Positions 26,601 to 35,907 of a stretch of 64,000 nt of DNA are shown here, one piece after another. The DNA is from Candidatus Iainarchaeum sp. (GTDB taxonomy: Archaea; Iainarchaeota; Iainarchaeia; Iainarchaeales; JAGVWC01). Position 1 is the first letter of the stretch; every line of letters begins with the position of its first letter. The notes beneath the pieces were generated by a model. It searched no databases, was not told the DNA's origin, and saw only the letters and a list, made by a program, of their open reading frames with translations. Location of the stretch: positions 32,001-96,000 of the forward strand of contig JAGVWC010000012.1 in assembly GCA_018304465.1 (NCBI GenBank), written 5' to 3'. Position numbers and translations under genes: made by a program.

Positions 26601-26945
26601 ATGGACATGGTAGAGATTCAGCGCGAAATCCGAAGAAGTGTCGATACGGGAAAAGTAGCGTTTGGAGAAAAGGAAACCGAGAAGAACGTTTTAAAAGGAA
26701 ACGGGGCGTTAATTATTGTAAGCGATAGTGCGACGGCTTCAACCAAGGAAAAAGCCAAGCATTGGTCCAAAATCTTCAGTATTCCGGTTTTTGAGTACCA
26801 CGGAAAAGGACTCGAACTCGGTTCGGTTTGTGGAAAACCATTCTCGGTTGGAACCATGCTCGTGCTCGATTCCGGCAAAAGCCGCGTACTCGAAGTCATA
26901 GCTGTTCCCGCTTCAGCGAAAAAAACAAAGAAAACCAGAGAATAA
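26601..26945 (+). CDS. rpl30e: 50S ribosomal protein eL30
   Basis: VDTGKVAFG, ELGSVCGKPF; conserved position after rpoA''. Confidence 0.93.
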   Translation: MDMVEIQREIRRSVDTGKVAFGEKETEKNVLKGNGALIIVSDSATASTKEKAKHWSKIFSIPVFEYHGKGLELGSVCGKPFSVGTMLVLDSGKSRVLEVIAVPASAKKTKKTRE

Positions 26946-26946
26946 G

Positions 26947-27360
26947 ATGAAGTTTGGCGAACAGGAAATACAGCTGCTAAACGCTTTGCGCTCGATTTCG
27001 CGGGTGGAAGCAAAGGATTGCTTGGTTTTGGACAAAACCATAAGTTTTGTCGTGGAAGAAGGAAAAATCGGCCAGGCGATCGGAAAAGGCGGCCAAAACA
27101 TCAAAAAACTCGAGGAAACATTCAAGAAAAGAATCGAAATCGTTGAGTTTAGGGAAAAACCGGAAAATTTTTTGGCCGGCGCGTTTTCGAACATCAAATT
27201 CAACGGTTTTGAGTTTTCGCAAAACGGAGAACAAAAAAAAGTTCTGGTCGCGAAAACGGATCAGGAAAACAAGAGGAAATTGCTTAACAGCACGGGAAAA
27301 TTAAAACGCATGAAAGAGTTGCTTGAACGCAACTTCGATATTGCGGATGTAAAAATTTAA
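26947..27360 (+). CDS. nusA: Archaeal NusA (KH-domain)
   Basis: IGQAIGKGGQNIK KH motif; synteny. Confidence 0.9.
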   Translation: MKFGEQEIQLLNALRSISRVEAKDCLVLDKTISFVVEEGKIGQAIGKGGQNIKKLEETFKKRIEIVEFREKPENFLAGAFSNIKFNGFEFSQNGEQKKVLVAKTDQENKRKLLNSTGKLKRMKELLERNFDIADVKI

Positions 27361-27372
27361 ACGGTGAAAAAA

Positions 27373-27801
27373 ATGGGATATGGAGAATTTGCAGCTCGCC
27401 AATTGGAACGCAAAAGAATGAAGTGGCGCAAAAAAAAGCGAGTGAACAAGGAAAGAATCTTTAAGACGCGCGAAAAGTTCGACATGCTCGAAGGCGCTCC
27501 GCAAGGAAAAGGAATCGTCATCGAAAAACGAACCGTCGAAGCAAAACAACCGAATTCCGGTTTGCGAAAATGCGTGCGCGTGCAGTTGATCAAAAACGGC
27601 CGCCAGTTGACGGCATTGGCTCCGCGCGACGGCGCCATCAAGTTTATCGACGAGCACGACGAAGTCATTGTCGAAGGAATCGGCGGCGCTCGACACGGTC
27701 CCAAAGGAGACTTGTGGGGAGTGAAATACCGCGTTACGCATGTCAACGGCCAGCCTTTGCAGATGCTGCGAAAAGGAAAAATCGAAAAGGCCAAACGATA
27801 A
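27373..27801 (+). CDS. rps12: 30S ribosomal protein uS12
   Basis: [21 protein letters not shown]. Confidence 0.97.
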   Translation: MGYGEFAARQLERKRMKWRKKKRVNKERIFKTREKFDMLEGAPQGKGIVIEKRTVEAKQPNSGLRKCVRVQLIKNGRQLTALAPRDGAIKFIDEHDEVIVEGIGGARHGPKGDLWGVKYRVTHVNGQPLQMLRKGKIEKAKR

Positions 27802-27816
27802 AGGAATGGATGATTT

Positions 27817-28443
27817 ATGGAACAACAGGAAGCAGGATTCAAGCCCAAGATATTCGGAAAATATTCGACCGACGGGGTCAAAATCAACGATGTGAGCCTC
27901 GCGCCGTACATCAATTTGGAACCGCACAACACGCCGCATAGTTTCGGCCGTGCAGCAGCCGCGCGATTCGGAAAAGGAAAAGTCAACATCGTGGAACGAT
28001 TGATCAACAAGGTCATGCGAAGCGGGCAAGGAAAACGCAAAATGTCCGGAAAATACATTCGCGGTCGCGGTGCCACGGGAAAAAAAATCAACGCCATGAA
28101 AATCATCGAAAAAGCATTTGAAATCATTGAAAGAGAAACCAAGCAAAACCCGGTTCAGATTCTGATCCAGGCCATCGAAAATTCGGCCATGCGCGAAGAC
28201 ACGACGCGGATCAAGAAAGGCGGAGTCGCGTATTCGGTTTCGGTGGATGTTTCACCGATGCGGCGCGTGGACGAAGCCGTCAAGAACCTGGGTTTGGCGG
28301 GATTCGCATCTTCTTTTAACAGCAAAGTTTCTGCCGAAGAAGGACTCGCAAAAGAAATCATCCTGGCTGCCAAAGGCGATAACGCTTCTTTTTCCATCCG
28401 TCGCCGCGACGAAGTCGAGCGCATCGCGATGGCTTCACGATAA
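27817..28443 (+). CDS. rps7: 30S ribosomal protein uS7
   Basis: NIVERLINK, NPVQIL, VDVSPMRRVD, ERIAMASR. Confidence 0.96.
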   Translation: MEQQEAGFKPKIFGKYSTDGVKINDVSLAPYINLEPHNTPHSFGRAAAARFGKGKVNIVERLINKVMRSGQGKRKMSGKYIRGRGATGKKINAMKIIEKAFEIIERETKQNPVQILIQAIENSAMREDTTRIKKGGVAYSVSVDVSPMRRVDEAVKNLGLAGFASSFNSKVSAEEGLAKEIILAAKGDNASFSIRRRDEVERIAMASR

Positions 28444-28467
28444 TGAAAACACGCAAGGGATGATGCG

Positions 28468-30663
28468 ATGGGTCGACGAGAAGAAATGGTGGCTTTGGCC
28501 GAAAAGCTGATGCAAAGCAAGGACAACATCCGGAACATCGGAACCGTTGCCCACATCGATCACGGAAAAACCACGTTATCCGACTCGTTGATTGCCGCCG
28601 CGGGACTGATTTCCCACGAAGCCGCGGGAAACGCGCAAGTCATGGATTATGAAGACCAGGAACAAGAACGCGGAATCACGATTAATGCGGCGAATATTTC
28701 GCTCGTGTTCAATTTCGAAGGAACTCAGACATTGGTCAATCTGATCGATACGCCGGGTCACGTGGATTTTACGGGCGAAGTCATCCGGGCCATGCGTGCC
28801 GTTGACGGCGTGATCGTCGTGGTCGACGCAGTGGAAGGAATCATGCCACAGACCGAAACCGTGATTCGCCAGGCATTACGCGAATACGTGCAACCCGTTT
28901 TATTCATCAACAAGGTTGACCGATTAATCAAGGAACTGCAGGTCACTGAAGAAGACATGCAAAAACGATTCGCCAAAATCATTACCGCGGTCAACACGCT
29001 GATTGTCAAAAACGCGCCGGATCAGTTCAAGAAGGATTGGCAAGTCGACGCGGTCAAGGGAACCGTCGCCTTTGGAAGCGCCAAGCGAAAATGGGCGGTT
29101 TCGGTTCCGTACATGCAAAAATCCAACATCAAGTTCAAACAAGTGTATGATCATCTGAAAAACGACCAGGAAGGCGAATTGGCCAAGATTTCCCCGGTCC
29201 ACGAAGTCACGTTGCAGATGGTTAAGAATTTCTTACCGTCGCCGAAAAAAGCCCAAGCATACCGTATCCGCCGCATCTGGGCGGGGGATCAGGAACTGCC
29301 GATTTACAAAAGCATGACGACGTGCGATGAAAAAGGCGATATCGCCATGATGATTACGGATGTTTCGGTCGACCAGCACGCGGGAGACATCGCGACTGGC
29401 CGTATTTATTCGGGAACCGTCGAGCCCGGCATGACCGTCAAACTCGTTGGAATGCAAAAAGATGCGCGAGTGCAAAAAGTCGGATTGTTTATGGGAAACG
29501 AGTTCATCAATGTTTCGCACGCGGGACCCGGAAACATCGCGGCGTTGGTCGGAATCAAGGATGTGTACGCCGGTGAAACCGTTTCCACGGCCGCCGATAT
29601 GAAAGAATTCGAATCGTTTATGAGCTCGGTCGAACCGGTCATTACTGTCAGTGTCGAAGCCAAAAAAACGCAGGATTTACCGAAACTGATCACTGCGATC
29701 CGCCAGTTGACCAAAGAAGACCCAAACCTGCGCGCGTCGATCAACCAGGAGACCGGCGAACATTTGCTCTCCGGAATGGGTGAATTGCACCTTGATGTCA
29801 ACCGCTACCGGATTGAAAACAATTACAAGGTTCCCGTGCAGATGGGAAACCCGATTGTCGTGTACAAAGAAACCATGACCAAAAAGTCGCCGACACTTGA
29901 AGGAAAGACTCCGAACCGGCATAACCGGTTCTTGATGCACGTCGAACCGTTATCCAAAGACTTTCTTGAAAAACTCATTGACACCAAGATCGATGGGAAA
30001 ATCCGCGACAAGGACCGCGCGATCGTGGACAAACTGATCGAAATCGGTCTTGACCGCGACGAAGCCAAGAAAACCTGGGCAGTTCACAACAACAGCCTGC
30101 TCGTGGATGCGACCCGCGGAATTTCATCCTTGTTTGAAATCAAAGAACTGGTAATCCAGGGGTTTAACGACGCACTGGATGCCGGACCGCTGGCGAAAGA
30201 AAAAGTATTCGGACTCAAAGTCGTGCTTGAAGATGCGACCTTGCACGAAGACTCGATTCACCGCGGACCCGCGCAAATGCTGCCCGCGATGGTGCGAACC
30301 ATTTACGCCGGCGTCTTGGCCGGAAACCCGGTGCTCTACGAACCAAAGCAATTATTGACGATCACGGTGCCGCAGGACCAAATGGGTTCTACCACCAAGG
30401 AATTGTCGGCCCGCCGGACCCAGATTCAGGAAATGCGCACCGAAGGCGACGCCACGGTCATTATTTCCAAGGCTCCGGTCAAGGAACTAATCGGGTTTGC
30501 CGCGGCGATCCGTGGCGCGACCCAGGGACGCGCGATTTGGACCGCCGAGTACGCGGGATACGAACAATTGCCCACAGAACTCCAAAAACCCACGATTACG
30601 GAGATCCGTAAACGCAAGGGAATGGACCCGGAAGTCAAAGCGTTCACGTTCTTTTTGGATTGA
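28468..30663 (+). CDS. fusA: Elongation factor EF-2
   Basis: AHIDHGKTT, DTPGHVDF, NKVD, GMGELHL; diphthamide-site motif HEDSIHRGPAQ intact. Confidence 0.98.
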   Translation: MGRREEMVALAEKLMQSKDNIRNIGTVAHIDHGKTTLSDSLIAAAGLISHEAAGNAQVMDYEDQEQERGITINAANISLVFNFEGTQTLVNLIDTPGHVDFTGEVIRAMRAVDGVIVVVDAVEGIMPQTETVIRQALREYVQPVLFINKVDRLIKELQVTEEDMQKRFAKIITAVNTLIVKNAPDQFKKDWQVDAVKGTVAFGSAKRKWAVSVPYMQKSNIKFKQVYDHLKNDQEGELAKISPVHEVTLQMVKNFLPSPKKAQAYRIRRIWAGDQELPIYKSMTTCDEKGDIAMMITDVSVDQHAGDIATGRIYSGTVEPGMTVKLVGMQKDARVQKVGLFMGNEFINVSHAGPGNIAALVGIKDVYAGETVSTAADMKEFESFMSSVEPVITVSVEAKKTQDLPKLITAIRQLTKEDPNLRASINQETGEHLLSGMGELHLDVNRYRIENNYKVPVQMGNPIVVYKETMTKKSPTLEGKTPNRHNRFLMHVEPLSKDFLEKLIDTKIDGKIRDKDRAIVDKLIEIGLDRDEAKKTWAVHNNSLLVDATRGISSLFEIKELVIQGFNDALDAGPLAKEKVFGLKVVLEDATLHEDSIHRGPAQMLPAMVRTIYAGVLAGNPVLYEPKQLLTITVPQDQMGSTTKELSARRTQIQEMRTEGDATVIISKAPVKELIGFAAAIRGATQGRAIWTAEYAGYEQLPTELQKPTITEIRKRKGMDPEVKAFTFFLD

Positions 30664-30713
30664 AAAAACCAGGAAAGAACCCTTGGAAACGGGTTCTTTT
30701 TCAATGGTTTTTT
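30663..30713 (+). terminator. Long hairpin with T-tracts after EF-2
   Basis: AAAAAACCA..AAAGAACCC-loop-GGGTTCTTT..TGGTTTTTT nested inverted repeat. Confidence 0.55.
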
Positions 30714-30803
30714 AAAGAGTTGTGTTCGAAGAATATTGTAGTTATGTTAAACGCGAGAATCGGCTTTTTTAGCACAGATTCGATGATTTGGAGGTAATTT
30801 GTC

Positions 30804-32081
30804 ATGGCAACAAAGCCGCATATAAACCTGATCTTCATTGGTCACGTCGACCACGGTAAGTCCACTACAGTTGGACGACTATTGTACGATACTGGGTCGT
30901 TGTCGGAACAGGAATACAGAAAATTGAAAGAAGAAGCCGACAGCCGAGGAAAAGGTTCGTTTGCATTCGCATATGCCATGGACCGCCTTAAAGAAGAACG
31001 CGAACGCGGTGTTACCATCGACGTGGCGTACAAAAAGTTTCAGGGAAAGAAAAACGATTTTACGATTATCGATGCCCCGGGACACAAAGACTTTATCAAA
31101 AATATGATTACCGGAACCAGCCAGGCAGACGCCGCGGTGTTGGTTTGTGCCGCCAAGGAAGGAATCCAGCCGCAGACCAAAGAACACGCGTTCTTGGCTC
31201 AAGTGATGGGTTTGAAACAGTTGATCGTCGCGTTCAACAAAATGGACGAAGTCAACTATGATGAAAAGAAATTCAACGAAGTTAAAGACGAAATGACCAA
31301 GTTGCTCCAAAGCGTCGGATACAAAATGGATACCGTCAAGTTTATCCCGATTTCCGCGTTTTTGGGAGACAATGTCGCCAAGAAATCCGAAAAACTGGCA
31401 TGGTTTAAAGGCCCGACGTTGGTTGAAGCATGCGACGAATTGGTCGCACCCGTGTTGCCGACCGACAAGCCGTTGCGCATGCCGTTGCAGGACGTTTACA
31501 CGATCAAAGGAGTCGGAACTGTTCCGGTGGGACGAATCGAAACCGGAATCATGCGACCCAACGACAAGATTATCGTGATGCCGTCCGGAAAAACCGGCGA
31601 AGTAAAATCGATTGAAATGCACCACGAGTCTTTGACCGAAGCAAAACCGGGAGACAACGTGGGAATCAATGTTCGCGGACTGAACCGAGAAGATTTGGCC
31701 AAAGGCGACGTGATTGGACATGTGTCGGATCCGCCCATGGTAGCCAAGGATTTTACGGCGCAGATCGTGGTGTTGAATCACCCGACGGCAATCCCGATCG
31801 GATACACTCCGGTGTTCCACTTGCATACCGTGCAATTGTCCTGTACTTTGACGGAAATCCAAAAGAAATTGGATCCGAAAACCGGTCAGGTCAAGGAAGA
31901 GAACCCGAAGTTCCTCAAAACCGGCGACGTTGCAATCGTCAAGATTACGCCGTTAAAGCCTCTTGTTGTGGAAGAATTCAAGAAATTCCCGCAATTGGGT
32001 CGCTTTGCTATCCGTGATATGGGTCAAACCGTTGCGGCTGGCATTGTTTTGAGCGTCACGCCAAGAGAAGCCAAGAAGTAA
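30804..32081 (+). CDS. tuf: Elongation factor EF-1alpha
   Basis: [36 protein letters not shown]; GGAGGT RBS. Confidence 0.98.
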   Translation: MATKPHINLIFIGHVDHGKSTTVGRLLYDTGSLSEQEYRKLKEEADSRGKGSFAFAYAMDRLKEERERGVTIDVAYKKFQGKKNDFTIIDAPGHKDFIKNMITGTSQADAAVLVCAAKEGIQPQTKEHAFLAQVMGLKQLIVAFNKMDEVNYDEKKFNEVKDEMTKLLQSVGYKMDTVKFIPISAFLGDNVAKKSEKLAWFKGPTLVEACDELVAPVLPTDKPLRMPLQDVYTIKGVGTVPVGRIETGIMRPNDKIIVMPSGKTGEVKSIEMHHESLTEAKPGDNVGINVRGLNREDLAKGDVIGHVSDPPMVAKDFTAQIVVLNHPTAIPIGYTPVFHLHTVQLSCTLTEIQKKLDPKTGQVKEENPKFLKTGDVAIVKITPLKPLVVEEFKKFPQLGRFAIRDMGQTVAAGIVLSVTPREAKK

Positions 32082-32115
32082 TTTTCTTCTCCTTCTCTTT
32101 TTTAATCTTTTTTCC
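32082..32115 (+). terminator. Oligo-T/pyrimidine tract after tuf
   Basis: Long T/C-rich run immediately after the stop codon. Confidence 0.45.
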
Positions 32116-32148
32116 AAACACTTAGTATAGAATTCATTGTGATATTTT

Positions 32149-32460
32149 ATGGCTGAAAGAGCACGAATCAAACTTAGTTCGCCTTCCTACGATCAGGTTT
32201 CGGATATTGCCGCGAAAATTATCGACATCGCGGAAAAAGCCGGTACCAAGCATTCGGGAGCGATTCCGTTGCCAACCAAAAAACTGACGGTTCCGACCCG
32301 AAAAGCCCCGTGCGGTGGCGGAACGGAAACCTACGAAAAATGGCAAATGCGAATCCACAAACGCATTATTGATATTGCTCCGGATGTCCGGACATTGCAT
32401 CGCGTGATGCGAATCGACATTCCCGAAAACGTCCGAATGGAAATCGATTTGAAATCGTAA
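32149..32460 (+). CDS. rps10: 30S ribosomal protein uS10
   Basis: GAIPLPTK, RKAPCGGGTETYEKWQMRIHKRIID. Confidence 0.97.
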   Translation: MAERARIKLSSPSYDQVSDIAAKIIDIAEKAGTKHSGAIPLPTKKLTVPTRKAPCGGGTETYEKWQMRIHKRIIDIAPDVRTLHRVMRIDIPENVRMEIDLKS

Positions 32461-32494
32461 AACTATTTTTTTCAATCTTTTTTTCAACAAGCAT

Positions 32495-34015
32495 TTATCC
32501 GATTCTGATTTTTCCCATGGCGATCAGGGCCGCCAGTGCAAGGATGAGTAGGATCACCAGCAAAACCAAAAGAATCGGTAACAGCGATTTGGACAGTTTT
32601 GAAACCGTGCGCGGCACCGTGACGTACGCGGGCGGGTTTTGTTTTTCGCGATCCATTTTGATTTTTTGTTCGACTTCCCACAGACTTAATCCTCGCGGTT
32701 TGATTTTGGCAAGGTTTGACAACGACAAGCGGTCGGTTGCGTTTTCGGTTTTTGGTCGTTTGGCGCTGTACTTCGAAACAAGCGCAGTATCCGTCGCCGA
32801 CAACAATGTTTCATCCGGCAAAACGTCCATGAAGCTTTGCGGCGGAAAAAAAACGGTTTTTACCGGCGAAAGCAGTTCTCCTTTCGGGTTTAGCGCGGAA
32901 ACGAATCCGGTTCCGACCGCCAAAGTTTTGAGTTCGTCGGAAAGCGCGTAAAAATCGCTTTTGGGAAACGCGCCCGCAATGGCTTTGAGGTCTTTTACGT
33001 CGTCGGCGGCAAACACGCGCATCGCGAACTGGATTTTGGTTCCAAGCAACCCCAGTATTTTGTCGTCGATATCGTTTGGGTTTTGGGTGACGAACACGAC
33101 TCCGATTCCTTTGGATCGGATTTGTCGCAAAATCGTGACCAGGAGTTGCACAAGCGAAGGATTCGCGTTTTCGAAGAGGTAATGCGCTTCGTCAATGAAA
33201 AAAACGGCTTTTGGTTTTTGAGTGTCACCGATGTCGTGCAGTTCATTGAATAATTTGTAGAGCACAAACGACATGACAATGGACAGCATGTCCGCGTGTT
33301 TTCGAACGTCGGACAAGTTGAGAACGTTAATGGTCGCGGGGCGCAAAAGATCCGCGGTTTCAAGAGCGGGTTCTCCGAACAACGAATCGATTCCTTCGTT
33401 TAGCAACACGCTTATTTTTCGAAGGATCACGTCGATGCTTTGGGGACTGATGCCGCTGGATTCGCGGGGGTTTTCCTTTAGGAATTCGGAGACTTCCAAA
33501 AGATCCGAAAAATCGTTGATGATGATTTGTTTTTCTTTGGCGAAAATAAAAATCATGGACAAGTGGCTTTCCTGCGTGGGGTTGAGTTGAAGCAGTTTGG
33601 ATATCAGCACGGGCGAAACATCGGACAGGTTTAGTCGCAGGGGAATAAACCGGTTGGAGAGGCTCCAGTAGTTGGTAGAAAAGGTTTTGGGAGAAAAATC
33701 GATCTTGAGTTGTTCGCTTCGTTCCCTGACTTTTTCAGCGTCATTGGGCGCTGCAAAACCGGATACGTCGCCTTTGACGTCGCTTAGGAAAACGGATACT
33801 CCTTGGCTTGCCAGCACTTCGGCCATCAATTGCAATGCCCGGGATTTTCCGGTGCCGGTGCTTCCGGCAATCAATCCGTGTTTATTCAGCGACGAAAGCG
33901 GCAAGATTACGGAGACGTCGGTTTCAACGGATTGGAATTGGGGCCGACCGAGCGCGATGCCGGGAACTTTGGAGAAACCGTAGTTTTTGTTGAAAAAGTC
34001 CAAAAATTCCGTCAT
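32495..34015 (-). CDS. HerA/FtsK-superfamily ATPase (DUF853/YjgR-like) with C-terminal TM
   Basis: NKHGLIAGSTGTGKS, DVKGDVSG, FFIDEAH, IRSKGIGVVFVTQNP; hydrophobic C-terminal helix. Confidence 0.88.
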   Translation of the reverse strand: MTEFLDFFNKNYGFSKVPGIALGRPQFQSVETDVSVILPLSSLNKHGLIAGSTGTGKSRALQLMAEVLASQGVSVFLSDVKGDVSGFAAPNDAEKVRERSEQLKIDFSPKTFSTNYWSLSNRFIPLRLNLSDVSPVLISKLLQLNPTQESHLSMIFIFAKEKQIIINDFSDLLEVSEFLKENPRESSGISPQSIDVILRKISVLLNEGIDSLFGEPALETADLLRPATINVLNLSDVRKHADMLSIVMSFVLYKLFNELHDIGDTQKPKAVFFIDEAHYLFENANPSLVQLLVTILRQIRSKGIGVVFVTQNPNDIDDKILGLLGTKIQFAMRVFAADDVKDLKAIAGAFPKSDFYALSDELKTLAVGTGFVSALNPKGELLSPVKTVFFPPQSFMDVLPDETLLSATDTALVSKYSAKRPKTENATDRLSLSNLAKIKPRGLSLWEVEQKIKMDREKQNPPAYVTVPRTVSKLSKSLLPILLVLLVILLILALAALIAMGKIRIG

Positions 34016-34075
34016 AATAGTTAGAGGAATACGGAACTAAAAAAACCTTTGGTTAGAAAAAAAAGTTTTTTTCGA

Positions 34076-35122
34076 TCACTGGTTTTGGTATTTTTCCAGT
34101 TCGGGGTGGAGAACGGCGTATTCGACTCCGGCGGCCAGGAATAGTTTTTCGCTGTCGGCGCCGCCGTGGTATTTTTTTTCGCAGACGACGCGTTTGAGGC
34201 CCGCGGAAATCAACAGCATGGCACAGGTATAACACGGCGTCATTTTGCAATACACGGTCGCGCCGCTTAATGAAATCCCGAGTTTTGCGGCTTGCATGAG
34301 CGCGTTTTGTTCGGCGTGCAGGGTTCGAACGCAGTGCTGGTGGATTTCCCCATTTTCATACACGACTTTTTTCAACAGGTGACCGACTTCGTCACAGTGG
34401 GGTTGTCCCGGCGGTGACCCGACGTATCCGGTGGTTAGGATTTGTTTGTCGCGCACGATAACGCATCCGCTGCGTCCGCGGTCGCACGTGGCGCGTTTGG
34501 CGACTACCCGGCTCATTTCAATGAAATAATCGTCCCAGGCAGGGCGTTTGTAAACAAAGTGCAGTTTGTCGAGAAACCCGTCGATTTTTTGCCGTAATTC
34601 GTCTAGTCCGCCATTGTTTTCAATAACGATATCGGACATTTCCCGGACTTTTAGGAGTTGTTGTCCGGCGGAATCCTTGTTGTCGAGTTCTTTTTCTTGT
34701 TCGACTTGGAATTCATTGAATGTTTTCGGGGTTTTGCCCCAGCCGACAGAACCGATTTTGTCGCGTGCCAATAATCGTTCGAAGCGGATTTTGGGGTCGG
34801 CTTCCAAAAACACCAAGAAAAATTGGGGGTGTTTTTTGAGTTCCCGGACTTCTTCGGGGTTTCGGATCGACACAAACGAATAGTTTTTGGTCGGGTCCAC
34901 GGAAGCAAGCAATCGTTTGGCCAGTATTCCCGGCCCGTAGGTTTTTCGCAGGTCGTTTCCCATTTTGATGATGGCATCGCGGTCTGAAATCGGAATGTTT
35001 CGGATGCGCATTTCTTTTCGGATTTCGTCCGAAAGCGAGCGTCGGACGAATCCTTTGTCTTCAAGGATTTCGGCGACGGTGTCTTTTCCAGAGCAATTTA
35101 AACCGGTAATTCCAATAAACAT
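34076..35122 (-). CDS. P-loop kinase (dephospho-CoA-kinase-like) fused to dCMP deaminase
   Basis: IGITGLNCSGKDT Walker A; RPAWDDYF, RATCDR, HAEQNA, PCYTC Zn-deaminase motifs. Confidence 0.9.
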   Translation of the reverse strand: MFIGITGLNCSGKDTVAEILEDKGFVRRSLSDEIRKEMRIRNIPISDRDAIIKMGNDLRKTYGPGILAKRLLASVDPTKNYSFVSIRNPEEVRELKKHPQFFLVFLEADPKIRFERLLARDKIGSVGWGKTPKTFNEFQVEQEKELDNKDSAGQQLLKVREMSDIVIENNGGLDELRQKIDGFLDKLHFVYKRPAWDDYFIEMSRVVAKRATCDRGRSGCVIVRDKQILTTGYVGSPPGQPHCDEVGHLLKKVVYENGEIHQHCVRTLHAEQNALMQAAKLGISLSGATVYCKMTPCYTCAMLLISAGLKRVVCEKKYHGGADSEKLFLAAGVEYAVLHPELEKYQNQ

Positions 35123-35202
35123 GTGTTTTCCCGCACTTGTTTACAAACTGGCGAAAACTCCTTAAAAATGCTTTCTCGCATTGAGTTTCAAGGGAATACC
35201 TC

Positions 35203-35634
35203 ATGGCCACCCATAAAGAGCTTGATTTCATTGCGGGCGAAGCCGCTTTCGAGGCCACGGGATCGAATTTGTCGGATTTGTTTTTGCATTGCGCCGAAGC
35301 GTTGTTTCATCAAATGGCGGAAGTAAAACAATTACGCGGAACAAAAAAAATCGTGATCTCGATTTCGGGTGAAAACCCCGAACTACTGCTACATAAATTT
35401 CTTTCGGAGATCGTTTTCTTGAAAGATTTCCAGCGGGTTTTGTTCAAGAAAGCCGCGGTAAATGTTTGGAAACTCAAGGGAAAAATAGGGGTAAACGCGA
35501 CCTTGTCGGGGCAATCCATCGAAGAAATAAACAGCGAGTTCGTTCGAAGCGACGTGAAAGCCGTGACGTTTCATAATTTAAAAATCATCACGGAAGAGAA
35601 ACGATTAAAAGCAACGGTCGTGTTGGATATTTGA
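35203..35634 (+). CDS. Archease (RtcB cofactor)
   Basis: LLHKFLSEIVFL, DVKAVTFH, ATVVLDI C-terminus; near rtcB. Confidence 0.88.
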   Translation: MATHKELDFIAGEAAFEATGSNLSDLFLHCAEALFHQMAEVKQLRGTKKIVISISGENPELLLHKFLSEIVFLKDFQRVLFKKAAVNVWKLKGKIGVNATLSGQSIEEINSEFVRSDVKAVTFHNLKIITEEKRLKATVVLDI

Positions 35635-35643
35635 GGTGAAACG

Positions 35644-35874
35644 ATGGGAATATTGCGAAGAATGGGAAAAAAATTGGGAATCGTTCGCGGATTGAAAACA
35701 GGACCGAATCCGAAAAAACCGGTTCCGTGGGAAGCGTTGTCGAAAACAGGCACGAAACCGAAGCCTTTGCGCACGGAATTGCTCCGGCAAGTACGCGCTC
35801 GCCAAACGGAATTAAGAAAAGCAGAGGAACAAGCGCGACAAAATAAAAAACGCGGTGGACCGGTCCAAAAGTAG
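35644..35874 (+). CDS. Small basic hypothetical protein
   Basis: GAGGTGA RBS then ATG; 76 aa, K/R-rich; fills the archease-rtcB gap. Confidence 0.65.
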   Translation: MGILRRMGKKLGIVRGLKTGPNPKKPVPWEALSKTGTKPKPLRTELLRQVRARQTELRKAEEQARQNKKRGGPVQK

Positions 35875-35907
35875 CTGGTTTTAAACCATATTTTTTTAGG
35901 TTAATAT

